From the NCBI GenBank assembly GCA_043815445.1, contig JBDRIY010000019.1:5368-69367 (forward strand): a stretch of DNA of 64,000 nucleotides. The letters run 5' to 3'. Within the stretch, counting starts at the first letter, position 1, and every line of letters starts with the position of its first letter. The DNA is from Candidatus Omnitrophota bacterium (GTDB taxonomy: Bacteria; Omnitrophota; Gorgyraeia; Duberdicusellales; 4484-171). Under the pieces are notes generated by a model that saw nothing but the letters and a program-made list of their open reading frames with translations, did no database searches and was not told the origin of the DNA. The position numbers and the translations under genes are program-made. Of this stretch, positions 1 through 11,805 are shown piece by piece.

Positions 1-750
1 CTTCTGAAAATAAAAATCGCGCGCTCCCGCGCAATCAATAGTAGCAGTAACTTGAGGAACGCCTATACCTAAAACTCCTCTGGTAGTGCAGGCCGCTCCC
101 GGGCCCACCCCTACTAAAACTCCTGAACAGCCGGTCTCAAATAATTCTAAAGTAACCTCATAAGTAACACAATTACCTAAGATTACCGGTATTTTTCTTT
201 CTTGGCAAAACTTATATAAATCTAAAGGTTTATATAGGCTGGCAATATGTTTGGCGGTAGTTACGGTTGATTGAATAATAAAGCAATCAGCCCCCGCGTT
301 TTCAGCTAAAGGAGCAAACTTAGCGGCATTCTGAGGAATACAGCTTACCGCGGCATACCCCCCAGCTTTTTTTATTTCTTCAACTCTTTTAGCCACTAAT
401 TCTTCTTTGATAGGTTTAGTATACAATTTCTGAATTAGATTAGTTGCTTCTTCAGGTGTTGCCTTGGCAATTTCGCTTAAAACCTCGCTAGGGTTATCAT
501 ATCGAGTTTGCACCCCATCTAAATTTACAGCGGCAATTCCTCCTAACCGCGACATCTCCACAGCAAATTTAACATCCGCGACTCCGTCCATTGCCGCGGC
601 AAATATGGGAACAGCGAAAGCTTTACCGTTAAACTCCCAGCTAACGCCTACCTCTTCAGGGTTTATAGTAATTCTGCCCGGAGCAAGAGCAATTTCATCA
701 AAGCCATAGCATCTGCGCGCCCGTTTACCTATACCAATCCACTCTGCCAT
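1..750 (-). CDS. IMPDH/GMP-reductase family protein (IMPDH-related, no CBS domains seen); C-terminus lies beyond the window start
   Basis: Manual minus-strand translation from ATG at 748-750: MAEWIGIGKRARRCYGFDEIALAPG...VGVGPGAACTTRGVLGIGVPQVTA. This matches the IMPDH/GuaB catalytic-loop signature G-x-G-P-G-S-I-C-T-T-R. The + strand ORF 464..709 lies inside it and is treated as spurious. Confidence 0.55.
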   Translation of the reverse strand, partial: MAEWIGIGKRARRCYGFDEIALAPGRITINPEEVGVSWEFNGKAFAVPIFAAAMDGVADVKFAVEMSRLGGIAAVNLDGVQTRYDNPSEVLSEIAKATPEEATNLIQKLYTKPIKEELVAKRVEEIKKAGGYAAVSCIPQNAAKFAPLAENAGADCFIIQSTVTTAKHIASLYKPLDLYKFCQERKIPVILGNCVTYEVTLELFETGCSGVLVGVGPGAACTTRGVLGIGVPQVTATIDCAGARDFYFQK

Positions 751-1601
751 ATTTCCTCCTTTAAAGTATTATTGACAAAATTTTCAACTTGCTCTTCAAC
801 CACCATGTCCTGCTTATTTACGCTTCCTAAAAGATAAATTCCTTTAAAATCCGTTAAAAATTTTTCTTTAGATATAACTTCCTCTTCGAAAAAATTAAGA
901 TTCGGCATAAATCCGCTGTCTACAAAAAGCAGCTGTGAAGAAAAAACTTTTAAAGGGGAAATCTTAATTGCTTTAATCATACTTTCCCCTACTGCTTCTT
1001 CTATAAAAGAATTAAGGTATAAAACAATATTTTTTTCCCGCAGCTCATTTATTATCGCCTCTTTATCTTCTCCTAAAAAATCAAAACTTTCGCTTACGAC
1101 CTTGACTTCTTTGCCTAAATAATTTAAAGCTCTGGCTAGCCTTATACCCAGCCAAGTAGAAACATAAACTGCTGCCTCGCCAGACACTCTCAACAAATCT
1201 TTTAACTTGAAGGAATCGATCTCCGAAAGATAAAAAAAACCTTCTCTATGTTCGCCCTTAATAGGCAGTTTCTTTGAAACCAATCCTGTTGTAATAACTA
1301 AATTCTCAAAACTTAAAGGTTCGACAGCTTTTCCGCCTAAGGCGGAAAAATAAATCTTTTTACGCTTAGGGTTAATTTTTTCTACCTTAGCGTTTATAAA
1401 TTCAGCCTTCAAGCCTTTAGCTAAGGAAAGAATGTCTTTTCTCCCGCTTATATCTCCGGGATTGGAAACAATAGTTTTTGGACAAAAATAATAAAGATCT
1501 TTATCTATAAGCGTAATCCCACACTCTAAATTTTCTGCCCTTATTTTCCGCACTAATGCCAAGCCCGCGATTCCCGAACCTAAAATGGTAATATTTTTCA
1601 T
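729..1601 (-). CDS. FAD/NAD(P)-binding pyridine nucleotide-disulfide oxidoreductase family protein (short form)
   Basis: N-terminal Rossmann dinucleotide fold ITILGSGIAGLALV; overall layout matches this oxidoreductase family; 290 aa. Confidence 0.55.
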   Translation of the reverse strand: MKNITILGSGIAGLALVRKIRAENLECGITLIDKDLYYFCPKTIVSNPGDISGRKDILSLAKGLKAEFINAKVEKINPKRKKIYFSALGGKAVEPLSFENLVITTGLVSKKLPIKGEHREGFFYLSEIDSFKLKDLLRVSGEAAVYVSTWLGIRLARALNYLGKEVKVVSESFDFLGEDKEAIINELREKNIVLYLNSFIEEAVGESMIKAIKISPLKVFSSQLLFVDSGFMPNLNFFEEEVISKEKFLTDFKGIYLLGSVNKQDMVVEEQVENFVNNTLKEEIWQSGLV

Positions 1602-1640
1602 ATACTCGATACTTGATTTCCGATGCTTGATAGCTGATAT

Positions 1641-2483
1641 TTATTTTTGATAATTTTCCGCGGCTATTATTAAATTATAGTGAAGAAACATTGTAGTAAG
1701 TTTGCCCACGCCTCCGGGAACAGGGGTGATAAAAGAAGCTTTTTCTTTTGCTTTATCAAATTCTACGTCGCCGGTTATTACGCCCTGCTCTTCAACTATA
1801 CCCGCGTCAATTACCACTGCTCCTTGTTTAATCCATTCCCCTTTTATAAGGTTAGGCTTTCCTACTGCTGAAATTATAATATCGGCATTTTTTATGTATT
1901 CTTCCAGGTCACCAGCTTCATAAGTAGCGATATGAGTAATACTAACTGTAGCAAATTCATTTGCCAGCCATAAAGCTAAAGGTTTGCCTATAAGCGATGA
2001 AAAACCGACAACAACTGCTTTCTTAGCATAAGCTTTAACCCCGCAATAGCTAAATAACTTTATAATACTATTTACTGTAGGCGATATGTACATAGGCTCT
2101 CCTATTAAAAACTTTCCTAAGTTAACCGGATGCATCCCTTCAATGTCCTTATTCTCATCAAGCAAAGAAAATACCTCTACATCTTTCCACCCCGAAGGAA
2201 AAGGCTTATTGATAATGATGCCTGTTATACTTTCATCTCTATTTAACTTTACAATTTTTGATTTAAAATCTTCAAAAGAAATGCCTGAAAGCAGCTCAAC
2301 GGAAAGATATTTTATTCCCAACTTATCCGCAGTTTGTTTTTGCGAATTCTGGTAAGTTTGGGCTGAATAATCCTGCCCTATTATAACTGAAGCTAAACAT
2401 AATCCAGGCAAAACCCTAAGCCTTTCCTTAATTTCAGTTTCCAAACCGTTACATATTTCCTTTGAATCAAGTATTTCAGCCAT
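1641..2483 (-). CDS. folD: bifunctional methylenetetrahydrofolate dehydrogenase/methenyl-THF cyclohydrolase
   Basis: 280 aa with the FolD architecture; NAD(P)-binding segment VVVGFSSLIGKPLALWL and C-terminal GGVGKLTTMFL. Confidence 0.9.
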   Translation of the reverse strand: MAEILDSKEICNGLETEIKERLRVLPGLCLASVIIGQDYSAQTYQNSQKQTADKLGIKYLSVELLSGISFEDFKSKIVKLNRDESITGIIINKPFPSGWKDVEVFSLLDENKDIEGMHPVNLGKFLIGEPMYISPTVNSIIKLFSYCGVKAYAKKAVVVGFSSLIGKPLALWLANEFATVSITHIATYEAGDLEEYIKNADIIISAVGKPNLIKGEWIKQGAVVIDAGIVEEQGVITGDVEFDKAKEKASFITPVPGGVGKLTTMFLHYNLIIAAENYQK

Positions 2484-2492
2484 TTTTATATT

Positions 2493-3041
2493 TCATTCTT
2501 TCGTTTTCAATCTGTGTAATCTTTCCTTAATCTGCGTAATCAAAAGCCTATTGGCTTTTAGATTAGCTTCACAACCTTTAGCCGTGCTTTTTATAAAATC
2601 TAGCCCTATATTAAAATCGCTAATTATACTCTTTTTTATACTAGATTCTATCTCTTTGGCAAGAGAAAACACCTTTCGGCAGGCATCTTTAGTATTAAGA
2701 ATAATCTGGTTACTTTCTTTAACAAATCTTGCCCTTTTTTGGCCTTTTGTTAACATTACTTTTTCAAAAATATCACCATCTTTATCTATATAAGGATAAA
2801 TCTTCTTTTTTAAAGCTTCTAAATTAGTTAAGCTTTTTTTCAATTCTTTATTATTGGTTAATTGGCAGGTATCTTTAGATTTCAAACTTATAGAGTACTT
2901 AACTGCTTTCGCGACAAGGCCTACTCCCAGGCAAAAAACTAAACAAACCGCGCTCCCTCCACCCGGAGCCGGCTTTCTATCGCCTAAATCTTGCAAATAA
3001 CCTTTAAAATTATCTTTATAATGTTTCATAAGCAGCAACAC
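2493..3041 (-). CDS. cyclodeaminase/cyclohydrolase family protein (FtcD-like methenyl-THF cyclohydrolase)
   Basis: PAPGGGSAVCLVFCLGVGLVAKA motif typical of the formiminotransferase-cyclodeaminase C-domain family; lies next to folD as is common. Confidence 0.7.
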   Translation of the reverse strand: MLLLMKHYKDNFKGYLQDLGDRKPAPGGGSAVCLVFCLGVGLVAKAVKYSISLKSKDTCQLTNNKELKKSLTNLEALKKKIYPYIDKDGDIFEKVMLTKGQKRARFVKESNQIILNTKDACRKVFSLAKEIESSIKKSIISDFNIGLDFIKSTAKGCEANLKANRLLITQIKERLHRLKTKE

Positions 3042-3111
3042 ATTTTTATTTTTCCCTCTCTCTCCTTCCCATCCCTCTCCCTATCAAGCATCGAGTATCG
3101 AGTATCAAGCA

Positions 3112-3459
3112 TCATTCATCCATATTAAAAGCATCCTTAATAAGATTATAATACAAAATGTCCTTTTTTTGAATAATTTCTAAAACATCAAAACGAAAAA
3201 ACCCTTTAGGGTTCTTAGCACTGTAAAAAAGCGCGGTTTTTCTAATCTTATCTCTTTTCTTCTTATCCACAGCCTCTCGGGGAAGATACTCTGCCTTATA
3301 ATACCTCATTTTAACTTCCACAAAAGAAGTAAATTGTTTATCTCTGGCAATAATATCAATTTCCCCAAACCAACTGCGAAAATTCCTCTTTAAAATCTTG
3401 TAACCCTTTGACTTTAAAAACTTAACCGCCTCACCCTCATAAAACTTCCCTTTATTCAT
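3112..3459 (-). CDS. yraN: YraN-family (UPF0102) endonuclease-like protein
   Basis: 115 aa; GEAVKFLKSKGYKILKRNFRSWFGEIDIIARDKQFTSFVEVKMR matches the UPF0102 core; conserved position next to rnhB. Confidence 0.75.
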   Translation of the reverse strand: MNKGKFYEGEAVKFLKSKGYKILKRNFRSWFGEIDIIARDKQFTSFVEVKMRYYKAEYLPREAVDKKKRDKIRKTALFYSAKNPKGFFRFDVLEIIQKKDILYYNLIKDAFNMDE

Positions 3460-3492
3460 ACAATTCTATACTAACATCCGCGTCCATCCGCG

Positions 3493-4071
3493 TTAATATC
3501 CGCGTTTATCCGCGCCGCCGCAAGGCGAAAAACTTCGGCGGTGAAAAGGTGTCAGAGGCTGTTTTTTTATCAAAGAAAAGTGCTCAGGCGTAGGATAACC
3601 CTTATGCTGAGAAAAATTCCACTGGGGATATAGAAAATCAACCATATCCATAAGATAGTCTCTTGCTACCTTTGCCGCGATTGAGGCGCAGGATACTTCT
3701 TTAATCTTCGCGTCTGCTTTTTCTAAACAAGTATAGTTTAAATTTAAATCGGTACGGAAATGATTACCGTCAATAATAAAATTCGCTGTTTTCAAATGAG
3801 GGACTTTTTTAAGAAGTTTTTTTATCGCTCTGTTAAATGCTAAAAAAGTTGCCTCTAAGATATTAAGCTTGTCTATCTCCTCAGGCCCGGCTAAACCAAC
3901 AGCAAAATCAGCTTGAGCACTAATCCAAGAAAAAGCTTCTTGTCTTTGCCGGCTGGAAAGAACTTTAGAATCTTTAGGCGTCCAAGAGGGCTGTTTTTTA
4001 AGGTGTAAAGCGCAAGCCGTAACTACCCCAGCTAAAGGCCCTCTACCTGCTTCATCTACGCCGACTATCAT
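3493..4071 (-). CDS. rnhB: ribonuclease HII
   Basis: N-terminal MIVGVDEAGRGPLAGVV signature (the DEAGRG active-site motif). The last ~6 codons read into an atccgcgt repeat array, so the true stop may be slightly upstream of 3493. Confidence 0.9.
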   Translation of the reverse strand: MIVGVDEAGRGPLAGVVTACALHLKKQPSWTPKDSKVLSSRQRQEAFSWISAQADFAVGLAGPEEIDKLNILEATFLAFNRAIKKLLKKVPHLKTANFIIDGNHFRTDLNLNYTCLEKADAKIKEVSCASIAAKVARDYLMDMVDFLYPQWNFSQHKGYPTPEHFSLIKKQPLTPFHRRSFSPCGGADKRGY

Positions 4072-4165
4072 ATTAAAATAAACGAAGGATGAAGGACGAC
4101 TGCTTCGCTAGAACGAAGGACGATTCTTTTCGTCCCTCATCCTTCGTCCCTCGTGCTTCGTTAAC
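4072..4165. repeat. cgaagga/tccttcg heptamer-built palindrome (rplS-rnhB spacer)
   Basis: aacgaaggatgaaggacgactgcttcgctagaacgaaggacgattcttttcgtccctcatccttcgtccctcgtgcttcgtt. Confidence 0.7.
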
Positions 4166-4513
4166 TTACGCTACCATTGCCTTCTTGCCAACTCTTGCTC
4201 TTAAGTAATATAAACGCTTCCTACGCGGGTTGCGCCGGCCTTTTTTGGTTACTTCTATTTTTTCAATGTTAGGCGTATAGTAAGGAAAGGTCACCTCATA
4301 AGCCTGGCCGTAAGCAATTCTTCGAACCGTAAAGGTTTTTCTGTGCATCGCGCCCTGGGTTTTGATTACTACCCCTTCTACGGGATGCAGCCGTGTTTTA
4401 TCTTTCTCTCTAATCTTATAGTAAACCTTAATAATATCACCCTGCTTAAATTCAGGATACTCTTTCTTTAAATTTTCCTTTAACTCCTTCTCCACCATCA
4501 TTAGTTTATCCAT
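4166..4513 (-). CDS. rplS: 50S ribosomal protein L19
   Basis: 115 aa; characteristic L19 core [67 protein letters not shown]. Confidence 0.95.
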   Translation of the reverse strand: MDKLMMVEKELKENLKKEYPEFKQGDIIKVYYKIREKDKTRLHPVEGVVIKTQGAMHRKTFTVRRIAYGQAYEVTFPYYTPNIEKIEVTKKGRRNPRRKRLYYLRARVGKKAMVA

Positions 4514-4782
4514 CTTACACCTCCATTATATTTATATAGTATTGTCAAAAGTTTAATCACCAATTACTTTAATAACCAATAACCAAGATACAAACATCAA
4601 ACAATAACCAATGATCAAATTCAAATAACCAAACGGAAACGAAAAGAAGCCAAAAAAAAGAAAAGAACAGAGAAGAATTCGTTTGGTGATTGTATCTTGG
4701 TTATTGGAATTTGTTTGTATCTTGTATCTTGGTTATTGTATCTTTAACTGTATTTTGGTTATTTACTTCCTCCTCTCTCCAT
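4514..4782. repeat. ccaataa/ttggtta heptamer-built palindrome (family Y) between trmD and rplS
   Basis: Left arm accaattactttaataaccaataaccaagatacaaacatcaaacaataaccaatgatcaaattcaaataaccaaac faces right arm ggtgattgtatcttggttattggaatttgtttgtatcttgtatcttggttattgtatc. A related copy lies at 50721-50945. Confidence 0.75.
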
Positions 4783-5478
4783 TTATCTTAATAAATCCGG
4801 CCTTTTCTTTTTAGTCATTTCCAAAGCCTTATTCTTCCTCCACTTTTCTATTTCAGCATGGTTGCCGCTAAGCAGCACCGCGGGAACTTTTAGCCCTCGA
4901 AAATCCTCCGGCCGGGTATAATGAGGAAAATCTAAGAGATTTTCCTCAAAGCTCTCTCTTTTTATAGACTCCTTGTTAGAAACAACTCCGGGAATCAGCC
5001 TTGCCAAACAATCTATAAAAACCATTGCTCCAAGCTCAGCCCCGCTTAAAATATAATCCCCAATTGATACCTCTTCATCAACTAAATACTTGTGTACCCT
5101 TTCATCAACCCCTTCATAACGGGGAGTAAGCAGCACTATTTGCTCATACTTTAAGAATTTTTTTACCATTTTTTGATTTAAAGTTTTACCCTTGGGGCTA
5201 AGCAGCACTACTTTTTTTTTGTTATCTTGCCTAACTTTGGGATATGTTGGACAACCTAATATTTTCTCCACCGCGATGAATAAAGGCTCTGGATTAAATA
5301 CCATTCCTCCCCCTCCATAAGAAGGAGCATCAACTTTTTTATGAAAATCAAGGCTATAGTCCCTTAAATTATGTATATTAATCTTCAACAATCCTTTAGC
5401 TTGCGCCCGCTTGATAATACTTTCTCCTATTACCGGAGAAAACATTTTGGGGAAAATAGTTATGACATCTATAATCAT
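4783..5478 (-). CDS. trmD: tRNA (guanine37-N1)-methyltransferase
   Basis: MIIDVITIFPKMF N-terminus, SPOUT-fold TrmD motifs and the GDYILSGAELGAMVFIDCLARLIPGV loop. Confidence 0.9.
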   Translation of the reverse strand: MIIDVITIFPKMFSPVIGESIIKRAQAKGLLKINIHNLRDYSLDFHKKVDAPSYGGGGMVFNPEPLFIAVEKILGCPTYPKVRQDNKKKVVLLSPKGKTLNQKMVKKFLKYEQIVLLTPRYEGVDERVHKYLVDEEVSIGDYILSGAELGAMVFIDCLARLIPGVVSNKESIKRESFEENLLDFPHYTRPEDFRGLKVPAVLLSGNHAEIEKWRKNKALEMTKKKRPDLLR

Positions 5479-5663
5479 ATCTTTAATAAAATTCGAAGTA
5501 CGAAATTCGAAATTCTAATGTTCAAATTTTCAAAACGGGAAATATTGTTTTGGTCATTTGAATTTTTGTCATTAGGATTTGCCCTTCGACTACGCTCAGG
5601 ATAGTGAACTTGTCGAACCATTTCGGATTTCGATATTCGGATTTCGGATTTTTTAATAGCAAT
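5479..5663. repeat. tcgaaat/atttcgg heptamer-built palindrome (family C), tgt-trmD spacer
   Basis: The terminal segment gtgaacttgtcgaaccatttcggatttcgatattcggatttcggat is the reverse complement of 9788-9836 (cgaatatcgaaatccgaaatggttcgacaagctcac). A third partial copy lies at 59047-59070. Confidence 0.75.
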
Positions 5664-7791
<2,128 letters not shown>

Positions 7792-7852
7792 TTTTTATAC
7801 AAATTTTTATTCGCGTTAATCCGCGTTTCTTCAAAATCAGCGTATATCCGCG

Positions 7853-8563
7853 TCACGCAGAGGTATAAATTTTATCACTACGGGCTATTGATATTGAGCC
7901 AAAAAGCTCCTCTTGAACAGCAACTACCTCCCGCAATTTTATTAATTCCAGTATAGCTAAAAAGGTAACTACAATTTCTAATTTATTCCTAGCTTGGCTG
8001 AAAAGCTCTTTAAGAGCAACCTTTTCTTTAGTTAAAAGTAAGTGAAGTAAATCATGGACTTTTTCTTCTACAGTAAACTCATCTTTAACTACCTCAAAAA
8101 ATACATCTTTAGGTATTTCTTTTAAAGCGGTTTTAAAAGCGCTGATAAGATCAAAGATTGACGCTTCGATATATATCTCGTGAGAACCCTGAACCTGGCT
8201 TTGAGGCCGGCGGTAATATTTATCGCGCTCAAGTTCTTTTTCCCGAAAAAAATCAGCGGCTTCTTTAAATTTTTCATACTCTAGAAGCCTCCTGATTAGC
8301 TCTTCACGCGGGTCTTCTTCAGGAGCCTGCGGCTCTTCTTCCCTAGGCAAAAGCATTTTAGACTTAATATTAATCAAGTTAGCCGCGGTTACTAAATATT
8401 CTGACGCAAGATTTATATCTAAAAGCTTCATCAAATCCAAAAATTGAATATACTGCTCAACAACATCAGCTATAGGTATATCATAAATATTAAGATGATC
8501 TTTTTTTATAAGATAAAGAAGTAAATCTAAAGGGCCTTCAAAAATGTCTAAGTTAATCTTCAT
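7853..8563 (-). CDS. scpA: segregation and condensation protein A
   Basis: N-terminal FEGPLDLLLYLIKKDHLNIYDIPIADVVEQY is typical of ScpA. Confidence 0.85.
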   Translation of the reverse strand: MKINLDIFEGPLDLLLYLIKKDHLNIYDIPIADVVEQYIQFLDLMKLLDINLASEYLVTAANLINIKSKMLLPREEEPQAPEEDPREELIRRLLEYEKFKEAADFFREKELERDKYYRRPQSQVQGSHEIYIEASIFDLISAFKTALKEIPKDVFFEVVKDEFTVEEKVHDLLHLLLTKEKVALKELFSQARNKLEIVVTFLAILELIKLREVVAVQEELFGSISIARSDKIYTSA

Positions 8564-8732
8564 AATTCTTTAAAAAATCTCAAATTCCAAGCATCAAATT
8601 ACAAATAAATCTCAAATCTCAAAATCCAAATTCCAATAGAAAGTTTCTTTATTTGGGATTTGAATATTGGAATTTATTTGTTATTTAGAATTTGTTATTT
8701 GGAATTTTATTTCTTATCTATAATAATATATC
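8564..8732. repeat. attccaa/ttggaat heptamer-built imperfect palindrome (family W, copy 1), in scpA leader
   Basis: Left arm (aaatctcaaattccaagcatcaaatt...ccaaattccaata) is the reverse complement of the right arm (tatttgggatttgaatattggaatttatttgttatttagaatttgttatttggaatt). It shares the core ttggaatttatttgt(t/g)atttggaatttgttatttggaatttcattt with 13494-13645, 18276-18470 and 58025-58304. Confidence 0.8.
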
Positions 8733-9779
8733 TCACAATCCCACTATCTCTTTAACTTCATCCAATGTTTGCGCGGCAGTTTCTTGGGCTTTTTTTCTGC
8801 CTTGTTCTAATATATCCTTTATATAATTCTTTTTGTTCAATATCTCTTGCTTTTTTGCCCTGCGAAGAACAATAAATTCTTCAAGAATTTTTACCAGCTC
8901 TTCTTTGCACTGGCGGCATCCTCTTTGAGCATTAATGCAATCTTTCTTAATTTGAGACAATTGGGGCTTTCCGTCAGAGGCGGATCCGTCTTCGGCGGAG
9001 AAAATAAAATAATAATCAAAAAGATTACAAACATCAGGATGCCCTGGGTCATTCCTTTTTTTTCTTGCCGGGTCGGTAAACATAGATAAAACTTTGCGGT
9101 TAAGTTCCTGACGGCTTTCATCAAGAGCAATATAATTTTGATAGCTTTTGCTCATTTTCCTTCCATCAAGGCCTAAAAAACGGGGAGTTGAAGCAAGGAT
9201 AGGTTTAGGCTCAACAAAAACTTTCTTTTTGTAAATAAAATGGAACTTGCGGACAATCTCCCGGCATAACTCTAAATGCGGAAGCTGGTCTTCACCTACC
9301 GGAACAGAATCAGCTTTATAGAGAAGGATATCCGAAGCTTGGAGAACGGGATAACCTAAGAAAGCGTAAGTATTTATCTCTTTATCTTTTAATTGAGCAA
9401 TCTGCTCTTTAAACGTTGGGCAGCGGTAAAGCCGGCTCAAAGGGACTAAAGCTGAAAGAATTGCCTCTAACTCTAAATGTTCAGGAACCTGAGACTGAAC
9501 AAAAATAACTGACTGATCAGGATCAATACCATAGCTTAACCAATCAGCCGCGTTATCGAAAATAGATTCTTTTATGATACCGGAATTTTTATATTCGCTC
9601 ATAAAAGCATGCCAGTCAGCAATCATAAAAAAGCATTTATACTCTTTTTGCAGCTTAGTCCAGTTCTCAAGCGCTCCCACCCAATGCCCTAGATGCAATT
9701 TACCTGTAGGCCGCATTCCGCTTAATATAATCTTCTTATCCATATTTTTCTTTAAAAATTCGAAATAATTTAAATTCAA
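8733..9779 (-). CDS. trpS: tryptophan--tRNA ligase
   Basis: Class I aaRS signatures: HIGH-like TGKLHLGHWVG and KMSKS; ~340 aa size typical of TrpS. Confidence 0.9.
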   Translation of the reverse strand: MNLNYFEFLKKNMDKKIILSGMRPTGKLHLGHWVGALENWTKLQKEYKCFFMIADWHAFMSEYKNSGIIKESIFDNAADWLSYGIDPDQSVIFVQSQVPEHLELEAILSALVPLSRLYRCPTFKEQIAQLKDKEINTYAFLGYPVLQASDILLYKADSVPVGEDQLPHLELCREIVRKFHFIYKKKVFVEPKPILASTPRFLGLDGRKMSKSYQNYIALDESRQELNRKVLSMFTDPARKKRNDPGHPDVCNLFDYYFIFSAEDGSASDGKPQLSQIKKDCINAQRGCRQCKEELVKILEEFIVLRRAKKQEILNKKNYIKDILEQGRKKAQETAAQTLDEVKEIVGL

Positions 9780-9896
9780 AACTCGAATATCGAAATCCGA
9801 AATGGTTCGACAAGCTCACCATTTCAAATTTCGGATTTCGTATTTCGAATTTTTATACATTTCGATATTCAGATTTCAGATTTATTATTAATATTT
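9780..9896. repeat. family C palindromic repeat (trpS leader)
   Basis: aaattcaaaactcgaatatcgaaatccgaaatggttcgacaagctcaccatttcaaatttcggatttcgtatttcgaattt; internally palindromic and matching 5600-5650 in inverse orientation. Confidence 0.75.
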
Positions 9897-11805
9897 TTAT
9901 TTCAATCTCCTTGCAATAATTTCTTCACTGTAAGCATCTATAAAATCTCCAGCCTGCATCTTATCGTAGCCTACACCTATTCCGCACTCAAAACCCTCAG
10001 CAACTTCTTTTACGTCGTCCTTAAACCTTTTTAAAGTTTTAATTTTTCCTTCAAAAATAATCTCATTAGCGCGCATAAGCTGTACGATTGAACCTCTGGT
10101 AATTTTTCCTTTTTCAACCATACATCCGGCTATTATACCGCTTTTAGAAAGTTTAAAAACCGCTTTAATCTTTGCTCGGCCGCAAAAGGTACGCTTAATC
10201 TGAGGAGTAAGCAAACCTTCTAAGGCTGCTTTAACATCATCAACAAGCTCATAAATTATCTGGTAAGACCTGGTTTCAATTCCTTTTTGCTTAGCCAAAT
10301 CTCTAACCTGAGCGCCTATATCAGCTTTAAACCCTACAATTATGGCATCAGTTACCTCAGCTAAAAGAATGTCTGAGGAATTGACAGCGCCCACACCCTT
10401 ATGAGTTATAACTAGATCAACTTCCTCAGAAGGAATCTTCCCCAAGGCGTCCTCTACCGCTTCCAGAGTTCCGCCTACATCCGCTTTTAGAATGATTTTT
10501 AGCTGCTTTGTGCTGCCTTCTTCTATTCTCTTATACAAATCTTCTAATTTAAAATGAGAAACCGGCACGAGTTTTTTTCTTTTATCGATTTCCCTTCTTT
10601 TTTCTACAATTTCTCTGGCGCTTTTTTCATTAGGAACTACTAATAACTGCTCTCCGGGATTAGGCACACCGTTTAAACCTAAAATCTCTACCGGAAAAGA
10701 GGGCCCAGCCAGCGGGCAATTATCGCCCCTATCATTATGCATTGCTTTTACCCTTCCCCAATAAAGGCCGCAAACGCACCAATCCCCTATTTTTATTACT
10801 CCTTCCTGAATTAGAGCAGCTATCAAAGGCCCTTTGCCTTTAGAAAGCCTTGCTTCAACAACAGCTCCCACAGCAGGCTTTTCATAATCAGCTTTAAGTT
10901 CCATTACATCGGCCTGGAGAACAATTAATTCTAAAAGCTCATCAATCTTTTCACCGGTTTTTGCTGAAACTCCTATAGTAATAGTTTTCCCTCCCCAGTC
11001 TTCAGGAACAAGCTCAGCCTTAGACAATTGCTGTTTAACCATATCTATATTAGCATTAGGCCGGTCAATTTTATTAATTGCCGCGATAATAGGAACTCCC
11101 GCGGCCCGGGCATGGTCAATTGCTTCTACTGTTTGAGGTTTAATTCCTTCATCAGCGGCAATCACTATAACAACAATGTCAGTAATATTAGCTCCTCTTG
11201 ACCGCATTGCTGTAAAAGTTTCATGGCCGGGAGTATCTAAAAAAGTAATTTTTCCCTTATCTAAAGTTACCTGATAAGCCCCCTATATGCTGAGTAATCC
11301 CTCCAGCTTCTTTGTCAACAATCTTGCTTTTCCTGATGCAGTCAAGGATACTCGTTTTCCCATGGTCAATATGGCCCATAAAAGTAACAATAGGAGCGCG
11401 TTCTTTCATATTTTTAGATTGGACTTTTAAAATTTCTTCTTCTTCGGTGAGTTTTTTCTTTAAATTAACCTTATAGCTATAGGCAATATCTGAAGCTATT
11501 TTTTCATTAAGGCTTTGATTTAAAGTAAAAAACTTACCTTGTTTTATCAGATCAGCTAAAAGTTCTGAAGATTTTTTATTTAATTTTACTGCCAGTTCTT
11601 TTACAGTTGTAGGGAAATCAATCTCTATAACGTTACTTTCAATTTCCTTTTTATCCAGTTCGCCAACCTCATGCTTGATAATCTCCGCGGTCTGGGCGTC
11701 TACACTGGACATATGATTTTTTACTGGAAATTTAAGGTTCTTAAGCTTTTTAATCAGCTCCTTACTATCTATCCCCAGCTCTTTAGCAAGTTCATGGATT
11801 CTCAT
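9897..11805 (-). CDS. infB: translation initiation factor IF-2, reading frame broken by a +1 frameshift at a C5 homopolymer (plus-strand 11279..11283)
   Basis: ORF 11257..11805 encodes the IF-2 N-domain and G1 motif [12 protein letters not shown], ending [18 protein letters not shown] 9897..11207 resumes at [30 protein letters not shown]. Deleting one G from the minus-strand GGGGG run restores the canonical connecting segment [24 protein letters not shown]. Confidence 0.85.

Noticed and set aside
464-709. + strand ORF (81 aa) inside the minus-strand IMPDH-family gene
   Set aside because: It lies wholly within a well-supported minus-strand CDS, has low-complexity S/T/A-rich translation and no start context, so it is an antisense artefact.
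1680-2355. Several + strand ORFs (63-89 aa) antisense to folD
   Set aside because: They are shadow ORFs within a high-confidence folD CDS.
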